64,000 nt of DNA from Octopus sinensis (GCF_006345805.1 NC_043006.1:104656001-104720000); one strand, 5' to 3'; positions 28,485 through 41,258 are shown, numbered from the stretch's first letter. A program made the numbers and translations. Notes: generated from the letters alone by a model not told the origin.

Positions 28485-28623
28485 ATATGAGGGATTTAGT
28501 CCACTGATGATCTAAACAAATACGTACGCTACGTAAGTGCTATAATTGGTTACACGTTATGTTCCAAGTTTACAGCTGAGGCTGGAGCTAAGGATCCATG
28601 GTAGGCTTCCGAGTTAACAGGTG

Positions 28624-29321
28624 TATATTAAAGGAAAATGGATAACATAACCAAGGCAGGACGAGTATCTCAGGTCATTTGGAGTATCTAATTAGAGTAA
28701 GATGAATCAAAAAAGTTGAATTAGAAGTAATTAATTAATTAAGATATCCCATGTAATGGATCAACATCTCCATAAACTGGGTATTCCGTCATCAGAGACA
28801 AGGTGTGTATGTAGCAAAGTTCCAGATAGAGAATTAACAGTGCATAAAAGAATAAAAGAGTAGACAGAAGAATAAAGACCAGAGAATAAAGTTCACGGCT
28901 CATCTTGTTCGAGGGTATGGAAGTTAGCCTGTACTTCCGTGAAGGTGTAGGTCCTTAAGTAGAATCTCAGGTAAATCCAAACAGTATTTTGAGTGTTGCG
29001 TTCATATGATAGGAATAGATTAAGTGAATAGCTTTTTAAAAACTGGTCCAAGTAGGTGTATAATGTGAGAGACAGACATCAAAATAGATGAGCCGTGAAC
29101 TTTATTCTCCTGCCTTTATCCTTCTCTCAAACGTTTTCTTCTTTTATGCACTGTGAATCTTCTGTCTGGAACTTTCCTACATACGCACATATCCCAGAAA
29201 CTACTGTTGGACATTAATTACCTCTACTTCTTTTCTTATTCAAATTGTACTAATTAAATACTCTAAATGACCTGAGATACTAGCCCTATATTGGTTTTGT
29301 TGTCCATTTTCCTTTAATATA
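28624..29321. repeat. Old diverged inverted repeat (28624-28905 / 29086-29321) with split hammerhead remnants
   Basis: Blocks such as gagtatctcaggtcattt/aaatgacctgagatac and gagaataaagttcacggctcatct/agatgagccgtgaactttattctc are reverse complements. Confidence 0.75.
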
Positions 29322-29329
29322 TATATATA

Positions 29330-29700
29330 AACTTTGGGTATGGTAGATGAGTTCATCAAAAATTTAGATTCAGATGAATATGGTACTTAAGTTGAGGCAC
29401 CAGAATTTAGTACGGTATTATCCATACAATTTCAAAGTAAGGTGATTAAAATCAAGATAAGCAACAAGGGTATCCAGATGTAATGCAGTACGATCGTTTC
29501 ATGCAACTCCATTTAATTGAACAATGCAATCATTACACCAATTTTAAATGAAGAGCAATCTTCAACTAAATTCTATGTCTTTGTGCAGCTGAAGATTGCT
29601 CTGCATTTTAAATTAATGTAATAATTGCATTGTCCAATTAAATGGAGTTGCTATAACGATCGTACTGCATTAACTCTGAATATCCTTTTTGCTTATTTCG

Positions 29701-29706
<6 letters not shown>
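29330..29706. mobile_element. (TA)n-flanked fold-back element carrying a hammerhead (29584-29669, +)
   Basis: Arms 29447-29567 / 29587-29706; stem I tgcag/ctgca, CTGAAGA, stem III ACGATCGT-A. Confidence 0.8.
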
Positions 29707-29791
<85 letters not shown>

Positions 29792-30079
29792 GTACAATAA
29801 ATGGTGACTGCAGTTTCAATAAACTTCGAGGTTTACTAGACGATGACAAAAAGGAATTATTACAGGTATATACGTTTAAATGTATGTGTGTGTGTATGTG
29901 TGCGCGCGCCTGTGTAGGTAATGACCTCATATGATTCTTATATATTATTCAAGATTTTCATCTACAGCTCTGGTAAAACAAGCACACACATACACACGCA
30001 GCCACACACATGCACACACGTGCACGGAAACACAAAACTTATATGAACATGTATGTATGTATGTATGTATGTATGTATG

Positions 30080-30121
<42 letters not shown>

Positions 30122-30161
30122 TGAAAGAGAGAGAAAAATGTACGTGGATGTATGCATACAT

Positions 30162-30193
<32 letters not shown>

Positions 30194-30240
30194 TTATATG
30201 TATATATACTTATATATATATATATAAGTATATATATATA

Positions 30241-30650
30241 TAGGTGAGAAAGTTGGTGTGTGAAGAAAGAGTTCCAGATGAGGGGAGGTAATAAGTGATT
30301 TCTTCCGGTGTAAGGGAGATAATCACTTAATATTTTTGCCTTTTTTTGGAGTGAGTTTCTCTGTATAAGAATGTGGGAATGGTTAAGTTTGGGCTTGTAT
30401 TTTTCAATTTACACCGGAAGAAATCACTTATTACCTCCCCTTATCTGGAACTCTTTCTTCACACTTCTCAGCGTAAACATAACGATGTAAGAAATTTGAA
30501 AAGCTGAACGCGAAACCGGCCATTTCTTCAAAAACTATGTCATTGTATGAAAAAAATTTATATCATTCTTCAGACATAATGACTCAAATATATATATTTT
30601 TAACCTTTTAAAACAAGCGTTCTGTAGTTTTTTCACTTTTTACTATTTTC
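30241..30650. mobile_element. PLE 3' end with 56-bp inverted repeat
   Basis: Arms 30258-30313 / 30409-30464 (1 mismatch); spacer on the minus strand encodes IEKYKPKLN (GIY-YIG C-terminus); GAAACCGGCC motif at 30512. Confidence 0.7.
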
Positions 30651-30664
30651 TATACATATATATA

Positions 30665-30695
<31 letters not shown>

Positions 30696-30702
30696 TTATA
30701 TA

Positions 30703-30759
<57 letters not shown>

Positions 30760-30769
30760 CGCCATGTTG

Positions 30770-30957
30770 GATCGCTAGCCCCTACACGCAATTTTTTTCT
30801 CTCCTTGTTTCTTTTCTGTGTATCTTTCTGTCGAAGAGCGGAGGCTCGAAACGTAAAAGACTTGTTTTATTTCTTTTCCTGAGCGCCATACTAACACATT
30901 GTTTGTTTGTACTCCACCTGCCTTCGTCTTTTGTTTATTTTCGTAAATCTTCCCTTT
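30770..30957 (+). mobile_element. Family H element with variant hammerhead (30823-30860)
   Basis: tcttt-CTGTCGAA-gagc-ggag-gctc-GAAACGTA-aaaga; (TA)n on both sides. Confidence 0.75.
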
Positions 30958-30966
30958 TATATATAT

Positions 30967-31009
<43 letters not shown>

Positions 31010-31040
31010 TTTATAGCTTGACATATGAAGGAACATTTCC

Positions 31041-31995
31041 CTAGACACTTAGCACGAGTAGGCTCTGCGGCACCGGCGGCTGAAGCTTATAATTCCAGTC
31101 ATTGAGGGGAAAGAACAGATAGAATACAAAAGAGCTCGTGGAAGTGTCACTTCTACGTTGCATCAAGAAACTACACCTGCTACTAATCAAGAACATGCAT
31201 TGTAGTCCACATGCGAGCCTGCCAGGGATAATCTCTATACCGAGTGGCAGCCCACACACCCAGGCTCTTGTCAACCCTCTAACGCCATAAGTAGGGAGAA
31301 ACAAAATTTTCTCCCCCTCCAAAGGCGTGGTCGCAAAATCACGAGCTTCCGCAGGCGTGTTAAAAAGTACACACACAGTTACATACTTCGCACCCCTGCG
31401 GATAAAATTTACAGTTGGCAAATATTCTACCAACTCCTTTTCAATTTCTTCCTCAGAGAAGACTTTGATGGTGTCAAGGACCCTGGAATAGGTCCTTAAC
31501 ACCACCGTTCTCTCCCTATAAATTTTCACCCATTCTTTGGGGGCCAGAATTTGCTACTCCAAAGCGGATTTCACTGTTGCGATGTTGATAGCCAAAACAA
31601 GAAAAAATCTTCAAAACAAAATGTTCAAATGAAAGTCTATAAAAAACTCAAAAAAGATCAGAAAGACAGACAAGAGAAGAAAAGGCGAACACAACACAAA
31701 ACTGCTACTGGTAATCCAAACTGGTAATCCACAAATGGTATTAATTCTTGCTGTCTTCGTACACTTGCCTGTGGTAAATCGAATGGAACTTCCAGGGCAC
31801 GAACACAGTCAAACAAAGACAATTTTCCCAAACAAAAAATTTGCGGAGGGAATACGCCTCCTCAAAAACAAAATTCTCACTGCAAAGTGAGTCGTTTCGC
31901 AAGACCACAGGCAGGCAAATGTCTGGAACAGAGTGGAGACTGTTGCTCTACAAATGTTATTAATTACAGAGCAACAAACTCCACTAATCCCCCCC
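31041..31995 (-). mobile_element. Probable LINE 5' portion (5'UTR plus ORF1/RRM-like remnant)
   Basis: ORF 31041-31529 (ERTVVLRTY..IEKEL..VNFIRRG..VCVLFNTPAEARDF..LFLPTY..AWVCGLP) has the layout of non-LTR ORF1 N-termini; clade not assignable by eye. Confidence 0.45.
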
Positions 31996-32214
31996 CCCAA
32001 TTAAACAAACATCTACCAGTAGTCGTGCTTCAAACGTTCAATATTTCACGTCGAAAGACGTGACTGCCAAGTAGCACGAATTCTCCTGTAGTAAGGTAAG
32101 CAAGCTACTTACCACACAGCCACTCCTGTGCCTATTATGTATGTCTATGTATGTATGCATGTATATGAATGTATGTATGTATTCATGTATGTATGTATGT
32201 ATGTATGTATGTAT

Positions 32215-32580
32215 GCAGTGTCTGTGCAAGACCCTGCCTCAGTAAAGCTGGACTCATGAGTCATCTTTGTAGTCATAAAGCGAGACAGATGAGTGACAAC
32301 CTGACCACTGGTGGTGGTGTAACACACCATACTAATCATATCTGTCGGGCATGTGGAAGAGAGTGTAATTCGGCAGGAGGACTTAAACGGCATGCAAAGG
32401 TACATGAAGCCCAGTTACAACTACAGCCGGCTATTACCGGTAAAGGTTTTAGTTGCCAATTCTGTACAAGACATTGCAGATCTTTAGCTGGGCTAAAAAG
32501 TCACATTCGATCACAGCACCAATAACAGTTAAGCTTCGTGCAATGGCCATACTCGATAACGAGGGGGCAGCCATCATGTA
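32215..32580 (+). mobile_element. 5'-truncated RTE-like LINE 3' end with three C2H2 zinc fingers
   Basis: CSVC..GLMSH..SH, CRAC..GLKRH..VH, CQFC..GLKSH..QH, stop, short 3'UTR hairpin ctcg-ataa-cgag, then ATGT repeat; preceded by (ATGT)n. Confidence 0.7.
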
Positions 32581-33020
32581 TGTGGGTGGGTGGGTGGTGT
32601 TAATTAAAAATTCATCCCTTCCAGTTACGTACTAAACTACCTCCCAGCATCAGGCCATGGGGCCAACACAGCCTCTGTTTCTTATACAGCTAATGGTCAC
32701 ATTATAAAGCTGAACTAATCAGCTATGATGACCTGAAATTTTCTGACCACTGAACATAAAATTCATTAAGATGGCAGTTCATTCGACAGTCATTACTTTG
32801 TATTAACGAGCAACTTCACCCGCTCCCCATCCCTTTCTCTATTTTCCCCTCCTCAGTGTACAGATACACACACACGCGCGGTCGCTCGGACACATATGCA
32901 AATAATCATACATGCATAACCACATAAATACACATATATACACACGCATATATATATATAAACACATATACATACATGCCTACATATATACGTACCCAAA
33001 CACACACACACACACACATA

Positions 33021-33071
<51 letters not shown>

Positions 33072-33214
33072 TACATACATACTGTTGAATATATATATAT
33101 GCTTCTGTATGTAAATCTAAGCGAGAAACAGTAAAAAGATAGCTGGTGAGAGAGATGAGGAGAGAGAAATTAAGAGATACACTCACATACAGTGGTAAGA
33201 GAGATAGAAATAGG

Positions 33215-33218
33215 TAGG

Positions 33219-33307
<89 letters not shown>
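33215..33307. repeat. (GATA)n microsatellite
   Basis: Direct reading. Confidence 0.95.
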
Positions 33308-34713
33308 CGTGTGAGAGAGAGAGAGAGAGGAGAAAGATACAGAGTGAAAGATAGAGAAAAAAGGGAGAGAAGGAGACACTTGGAAGAACAATTTAACGTC
33401 GACAGCTAATTTTACAGTAAATTAACACTCCAACACTAGACAAATTATCATTTTAATGACTAAGTGATGAAGCCCTTTAAAATAGTACCGTGTCTGATTG
33501 ACCAATTCCATCTATATCCTAGATTTTAATGACATGAATCAGTCTAGAATTGTACCAATCAGTTGTTGTAGAAGAGTGGTATCTGTAGATATTTCTTTAT
33601 TAAATCAATCTTCGTAATTTCGTAATTCAAAAGTTTTTCTCTCTGAATCTACCGAAACGTTCAACTTTGGTAAATTACCTAAAGTTTCATACGTATGTAT
33701 GCATGTATGTATGTATGTATGTATGAATGTATGTATGCATGTATGTATGTATGTATGTATGTATAAATGTATGTATGTATGTATGTATATATGTATGTAT
33801 GTATAGTGCTGTCATTTCTTTTATATATGAAGTTGTAAATGTCTTCAGAAGTAAGAGAGTTACTGGCGGATGTCCGAATCGATAATGTACCGGACAGAAG
33901 CACTACCCGAACAATACAACGAAGTAGCCACTAGTTCCTGGACATTTGAACCATTAGAAATAATAGTTACTGAAGTCTCTGATTAGGTTTGATATACTGT
34001 GTAATAAAAAGAATACTACAAAACAAAAAAAGAAGAGTGGGATGATCACGTGTACATCTTATCGCCCTAAGCTGATCTGGGCTAAAGATCCAGAACTATT
34101 ACCTATTGTCTAATAGAAGATGTGACAGTCAACTACTGCTAGAAATTCCAACTGACACACAGTGACTGTCATTGTATTCAGTCATACTGATTGTCTATAA
34201 GCCCTATCACAATAATGAACAAAAATCAGATTAAGCTGCAATATACTAGAACTGTAGTCTAACTCACAAGAACACTTGTATAATACCACGAGAAGACTAC
34301 TAAAATAGCCACCCAAAATAATGCTAAAGCACATTAGGACACTTCTATCACATAAAACTCTAGTATCACGTTACAGAACACTAGTATAACAACTGAGAAT
34401 ACAGTCATAACACAATTAAAATATCGTAGAAAATTATTTTAATACCACAAAGGAATATCATAGCTTCCCATAACACTGCTATAACACACGATAATGATAA
34501 CCCTGCTCCCAGAACACCCCCACAACACCCATGGATACTACTATAAACTGTAACAACCCTTCAGAAAACGGCTACAATATCTTAAGATACTACTCTAAAT
34601 GCAATACACTAGAACATTGCAATAATAAGACTAATTGCACTAAAATTATACACCAGAATAATAAAATAGTGTCTTAAAAACAAAATACTCTGCTTCCCAT
34701 ATTACTCAAACAA

Positions 34714-35147
34714 TCTCTTCTCTCTATATATAAACGGCAGTTTGTCTGTCTGTGTGTCTGTGTGTCTGTCAGGTTGTACCCTCACCCTGACCACGGCTTT
34801 CAACCGATTCTGATGAAACTTGACACACACATAGCCCAATGTCATAATTCAAAACTAACGCAGCGAAAATTATGAAAAGTTCCCCCAGTTCTGAAAATAA
34901 TCGATAAATTCGACATGGGGTCGAGAATCTAAGCTTTTTATATGCAACACATTTTCTGTCTAGAGGACACAACTCGACAGCTAGGGACAGCTAGGAACAT
35001 CGTATATACAGAAGTATTCGAGTGAAGAGAAGACATTGCAACCTACACATGCGCCTTCGTTCCCTAGAGGGAAAGGACTAGATTGGGATTAGTCGTTGCC
35101 TACTAGGGCCTCTTACATACCCGGGCAACGCCGGGCTATGCTGCTAG
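34714..35147 (+). mobile_element. Non-autonomous Helitron
   Basis: 5' TC after A, 'tatatataaa..gtctgtctgt..aaccgattctgatgaaactt' module, 3' GC-rich hairpin cccgggcaacgccggg followed by CTAG then T; no TSD. Confidence 0.85.
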
Positions 35148-35461
35148 TCATAAATACAACATTCACAGAGAGAATTGAGCAGAGTATTGTAAATATACTA
35201 GCGCAATATTGTCAGCAATAGGCACTGATCAGGTATGCATTTCTGCTTGCCCGGTTCAAGTGCAGCAGCCAACAGAATGGACATCATGACAGAACTCGAG
35301 TGGACGACAGACATAATAAACAAAGGGAAATAACATTGGAGCAAATATGAATAAGTATTGTCTGGTAGGAAATATAACTTATTTTCCAGGTGGAAATTGC
35401 AACTGCATTTTACAGTTAGTTTTACGAGAACAGCAACAGTAACATTGCATTGTTGGTAAGA

Positions 35462-36061
35462 AAACAGCGAACTGGCAGAAACGTTAGCACGCCGGGCGAA
35501 ATGCTTTGCGGTATTTCGTCTGCCGTTACATTCTGAGTTCAAATTCCGCCCAGGTCGACTTTGACTTTCATCATTTCGGGGTCGATTAAATAAGTACCAG
35601 TTACGCACTGGGGTCGATATAATCGACTTAATCCGTTTGTCTGTCATTGTTTGTCCTCTCTGTGAGTAGTCCCTTGTAGGTAGTAAAGAAATAGGTATTT
35701 CATCTGCCGTTACGTTCTGAGTTCAAATTCCGCCGAGGTCGACTTTACTTTTCATCCTTTCGGTGTCGATAAATTAAGTACCAGTTATGCACTGGAGTCC
35801 ATGTAATCGACTTAATCCGTTTGTCTGTCCTTGTTTGACCTCTCTATGTTTAGCCCCTTGTTGGTAATAAAGAAATAAGTATTTCGTCTGCCGGTACGTT
35901 CTGAGTTCAAATTCCGCCGAGGTCGACTTTGCCTTTCATCCTTTCGGGGTCGATAAATTAAGTACCAGTTACGCACTGGGGTCGATCTAATCGACTTAAT
36001 CCTTTTGTCTGTCCGTGTTTGTCCCTTCTATGTTTAGCCCCTTGTGGGCAATAAAGAAACA
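35462..36061 (+). mobile_element. Trimeric SINE family A with 24-bp TSD
   Basis: One head plus three ~180-bp bodies; TSD agtaacattgcattgttggtaaga at 35438-35461 and 36062-36085. Confidence 0.92.
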
Positions 36062-36294
36062 AGTAACATTGCATTGTTGGTAAGATAATAGCATTTAATG
36101 TCCTGTAGCAGCCATGCCTTCACTCTTTTTTTTATGGAATCTAAAGGAAGTGGCTGTGTTCATCAATTTGCAGACCTTCTGAATCTCGTGACATTGATGC
36201 CATGAATGTCCCTTGAAACATTTCCAGTGATGTCTTAAGTAGAGGTTCATGGAGAAAGGAATGGACATAATCTGCTCTGAGGATTACTATATTA

Positions 36295-36861
36295 TTTTCT
36301 ACTCTAGGTAAAAGGCCCAAAATATTTGGGGAGGGGGGGCCAGTCGATTAGATCGACCCCAGTACGCAACTTGTACTTAATTTATCGACTCCGAAAGGAT
36401 GAAAGACTAAGTCAACCACGACGGAATTTGAACTCAGAGCATAAAGACAAACGAAATACCTATTTCTTTACTACCTACAAGGGGCTAAAACAGAGAGGAC
36501 AAAAAAGGACAGACAAACGGATTAAGTCGATTATATCGACCCCAGTGCGTAACTGGTACTTATTTAATCGACCCGAAAAGATGAAAGGCAAAGTCGACCT
36601 CGGCGGAATTTGAACTCAGAGCGTAACGGCAGACGAAATACCTATTTCTTTACTACCCACAAGGGGCTAAACACAGAGAGGACGAACAAGGACAGACAAA
36701 TGGATTAAGTCGATTATATCGACCCCAATACGTAACTGGTACTTAATTTAATCGACTTCGAAAGGATGAAACGAAAAGTCAAACTCGGCGGAATTTGAAC
36801 TCAGAACGTAACGGCAAAGCATTTCGCCCGGCGTGCTAACGTTTCTGCCAGCTCGCTGCCT
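36295..36861 (-). mobile_element. Trimeric SINE family A with a different last tail; decayed TSD
   Basis: Three bodies; TSD-like tctgaggattactatatta (36276-36294) / tctgaggactaatatagta (36862-36880). Confidence 0.88.
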
Positions 36862-36986
36862 TCTGAGGACTAATATAGTATCGACAGAAAATGCAGGGAG
36901 GGAGAGAGAGAGAGAGAGAGAAAATACAGACAGAGGGAGAGAAGGAGAAAGAAAGAGATGTTGCTAATTATTCCGGAGCATATTCA

Positions 36987-37071
<85 letters not shown>

Positions 37072-37082
37072 TATATATATAG

Positions 37083-37680
37083 TCGTCTGGACTACTGCTT
37101 CTAGCTGTGGTCCCCTCTGAGTGTGAAACTAGTTGCGAAACTTGAAGCGATCCAACGCCACTTCACAAAGAAGATACACTCAGCAAAAGAGATGGGTTAC
37201 TGGGAGAGATTGAGGGACCTGAGACTCTACTCCCTTCAGAGAACACGTGAGAGGTATGCAGTGCTATACATGTGGAAAATAGTGTAAGGTTTGGCTCCAA
37301 ATTTCGGAATTGAAATCTACAACAATTCCCGAACTGGGCGGCAGTGCACAGTACCACAGTTCGCATCTTGTGCATCGAGGATACGAACCCAATATTGTAA
37401 TAGCTTTGGATTGAAGGGAGCACAACATTTCAATGCCCAACCACTGAACATAAGGGATCTGCAAGGTGTAGACATGGAATTCTTCAAAAAACGTCTAGAT
37501 AGCAGTTTATCTGCAATTTTGGATAAACCCACATCGCAGCAGAAGGCAGAAAGAAGAGCAGCAATGTCCAACTCGCTACCTCACCAGACGCTATACTGGA
37601 ACAATCCCCGGACGCAGTAGTAAAGTTGGTGCACCAGCATGGCCTCAGACTTTGGCTGAAACACATAAAATATAAAATAT
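37083..37680 (+). mobile_element. CR1-group LINE 3' end
   Basis: RLRDLRLYSLQRTRERYAVLYMWKI..GLAPN..RTGRQC..NSFGLKG..FN..P..IR..FFKKRLD..DKP; 3'UTR shares its tail with SINE family B. Confidence 0.8.
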
Positions 37681-37690
37681 ATATATATAT

Positions 37691-39173
37691 ATACCTTATA
37701 TAAAAATGGAAATTTCCGTCTGTGTGTTACCATCTTGCTGTTTAAACCAGCGAGCCAATCTTCACGAAACTTTGTTTACATGTTAAACTAACATCCAGTT
37801 CAACTATAGGCTAACTGGATAAAAATCGATAATGGGTCCTAAAATTCATAATGATCCCCCTATGGGGTTTGGTCTATTATATGATCAAACGAAAAGGGTG
37901 TATAAAGTGCTACGTTAAGGGAAATGTGGTGGCATAATGAGGGTGACTGATATCAGAGAAGAGGAGGAGCCACGAAGAGACAGAAAGACAGGGAACATGA
38001 GAGATAGATAGATAGATGGATAGAGAGAGAGAGAGAGAGAGGAGAAAGAGAGACAGGGACAGAACGGGAGAGAGAGAGAATGTGTTTACTGAAGGGAGTA
38101 GTTTGTTCTTAAATTGTTACCTACCACTTAACGAATACACTTTTGTGAATTAACTATCGTATGCTCAGTCAAAACTTTTACAATATTTCCAACAACAGAT
38201 TTTAAATTAACAAGTGAAAGGTAAGGTGTTTTTATATATTTGTTTTCAAATCACCGTATTAAGATTTATGAAAAATTTACCAACGTACTGCAACAATAAC
38301 ATTACAAGTAATGTCTTTCATTTTCTTCCATAGATGAATAGCTCGTCATTGTCGGGCAATTTTTACCATGCCTTCCCCGACAGACAGGCCTCTCCATAAG
38401 GACAGATTTGTGCAATGTTTCGCTAAAAATTCCTTGACGATCTTTATTCTTTTATAATTATTTACATGTATGTTCGACCGTTTCACATGACTTTATTCAT
38501 TAAAACTTATTAAATCTTCAGGAGTTATTACAACTTTGGTAGTCGTAATGCTTTGCTCTCGTTTCTTGAATAAACATTCCTCCTCTTAATGATTTTGCTT
38601 TCATTTTGTGATAGACAGCTATCATGCAGAAAATTCCAGCTTCCAAATCCTGTTTTCTGATTAGGTTGCAATAATTAAAATTTAAACCCCAGTAATATGT
38701 TTCTACTATTTTCTGGAACAATTATACAACAAAATCAGATTTAATGTGGAAAATTATTTCAGTAAACCAAATTGGAAAATTTTGACAAAATTTAAAATAA
38801 TTTTCAATGTGACAGCAACAGGGAAGACTCTACAAAAGTAGAGAGACAGGCAGTTACACGCGACAACACCAGCTACAATACGCGGATTTTCTTACGAGAA
38901 GTTTTCTTTAAAAGGTCAATCATGTTATGCTACCAACCATCCACCGATTCAACTTTGATATTACCTTACCATTGCGATCAATCAATTTTATGATTCTACA
39001 GTATTACTTGCCAGCATTTGTAAATCTATCCCACGTCACTGTGCATTTGTAAATATATTTGTAATTTAAACGGGAACTGATCCGGGAACGGAATAGGACA
39101 TGAAACAGTGGAGGGGAAACGGGAACTGGAAATAACCCCCGCTTTACCGGGTATTACCGGATAATTCCCCTAG
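37691..39173 (+). mobile_element. Helitron-type element
   Basis: 5' module 'tatataaaa..gtctgtgtgt..ccaatcttcacgaaactt'; 3' hairpin ccgggtattaccgg then CTAG-T at 39170-39174. Confidence 0.6.
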
Positions 39174-39178
39174 TATAA

Positions 39179-39232
<54 letters not shown>

Positions 39233-39733
39233 GCGTGAGTGTGTGTGTGTGTGTGTTTCATTCACTTTACACTACAGATTTCTCACTATCAGTCATTCTT
39301 CATTTATCGATTTAGTCTCCTTTTCTAAGTGTGAGTACGAACTAAAACAAGCTTGCAAATTATTATGACATGCGCACATGACCACCTCTCCCCACCCTCG
39401 TCATGCATATTGGGAAGCCTAGAGAAACACCCAAGTACCTCAATTTCATCTACTAATTACTTCAGTCCACTAGAGGGATGAAAGTAGTATGAGGTAGTTT
39501 TGCCGCTTGGCTGAAACAGCTGTAAGATATTATCCCAATCTCTATTGTTATATGTTATATATCTTAATAATTACTGATATTTTTTATATTTTCATATATT
39601 ATACATGTAAAGCATAATATTTTATACATGTATGTATATTGTTATAATTGTCCTATTAGTAAATAAATAAATTGACATAATATAATGTCTAAAAGCTGAT
39701 GAACCACCTATTGATCCCTCCATTTTCTTATTG

Positions 39734-39771
<38 letters not shown>

Positions 39772-40371
39772 GTATATATATATATATATATACGTACATA
39801 CATGCACCATTTTTGGGTCTGCTGTAGGCAACATGTGTTTTTTGTGGGTCCCAGGAGCTGCAAACGATGAGGCCGCCGCGCTGGCACATACTCTAGCTAC
39901 GCTAGTGTATAGAAGGTGTGCATAATATGCGATATGTCTTAAGCTAAATATGTTACCAAATTCCATTGTATTTTTGTTACATGGTTAACGAACAGAAACG
40001 TGATTAATACGTAGAACTCAGATATGATTTAACTTTTGTTATTCTTTGACTCAATATTGTATTGTGTGCATATATATTACATATATCAGTAAGTTGACAC
40101 ACACTCATATACACACACACACACACACATACACACACGCGCGCACATGTATGTATGTATATACTGCAATGTGACGACAAAGTTGCTTTTCCCGGAATGT
40201 TCTATTCTTTTCCTTGTCTCCGGACATTTTATTCTTTCTGCCGAAGAGAAATTTTCACATCGCCATCTTTTTCTCACCTTAAACTTTTTCTGTACATCAA
40301 TCTAATATATTCATTGCGTTCGTCATATGGAATTATGTTGTTTTTCCTGTTTTTGTTTTTATTCTTATATA

Positions 40372-40828
40372 CAGGGTTATTGAAAGAGAACGAACCGATT
40401 TCATTACGCAATACTTTTGTAAGGAAAGGCAATAGAAAACTCCTGCTGAGTCCCAAGTATTTACTCCCAATCATCTTTTATTTCCTATCTTACAAGTGTT
40501 CAATGTAGCCATGACATGCAGCACAGGCAACATCAGTGCGGTTGGAGAATTCCTCCCAGACGGGTATCAGCATATCACAAGCCACTGAGTTGATCGCTGT
40601 TGTTATTCGATGTTTAATGTCATCGACGTTAGGGGGTAACGGTGGAATGTAACGGCAATATTCTACATATCCCCACAAGAAAAAAATCACACAACATTGA
40701 ACACATGTAAGACAGGAAATAAAAGATTATTGTGACTAAATAGTTGTGACTTAGCTGGAGTTATCTAATGCTTTTCCATATTAAAATATCGCGTAATGAA
40801 ATCGGTTCATTATTTTTGAAATATCCTG
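40372..40828 (-). mobile_element. Deleted Tc1/mariner-superfamily element with ~115-bp TIRs (rosa/DD41D-like)
   Basis: TA TSD; TIRs 40372-40485 / 40714-40828; ORF FFLWGYV..Y.PPLP..DDIKHRITTAINSV..DML..VWEEF..R......GYIEHL. Confidence 0.85.
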
Positions 40829-40858
40829 TATATATATATATCTATATACCTATATACG

Positions 40859-41258
40859 TAAACATAGTCAAAATGCGATAAAATAAATTATTATCGCCGG
40901 TGATCTAGCACAAAAGACATTTTAGCCATAGGCCATATGTTATTCATATATAAGTACATTAAAAGGCTTCCAGAAGAAGAAGTGAGTACTAGTTACACAA
41001 AAGTTGGATAAATTTAGTGAAATGAAAATTAGAAACCTTTACAAACTCGGTTCATCTTATACTGCAGTTTCGTCTTTTTCAGCATTATATATAATTGCCT
41101 GAGCAATAAATTATATTTAATGCTGAAAAAGACGAAACTGCAGTATAAGATGAACCGAGTTTGTAAAGGTTTTTAATTTTCATTTCACTAAATTTATCCA
41201 ACTTTTGTGTATCTAGTACTCACTTCTTCTTCTGGAAGCCTTTTAATGTACTTATATA
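40859..41258. mobile_element. (TA)n-flanked fold-back element, 150-bp arms
   Basis: Arms 40947-41096 / 41109-41258 nearly identical; GAAACTGCAGTA hammerhead 3' half at 41134-41145. Confidence 0.85.

Noticed and set aside
32169-32525. Host C2H2 zinc-finger transcription factor gene
   Set aside because: No TGEKP linkers, the N-terminus is microsatellite, and the 3' end has a retroposon hairpin and repeat tail.
34100-34680. A/C-skewed quasi-periodic stretch as coding or structural array
   Set aside because: No stable period or open frame discernible; probably a decayed minisatellite.
35462-36061. Regularly spaced repeats resembling a CRISPR array
   Set aside because: Units are ~180-bp whole-body repeats of a SINE with no unique spacers, no cas genes, eukaryotic context.
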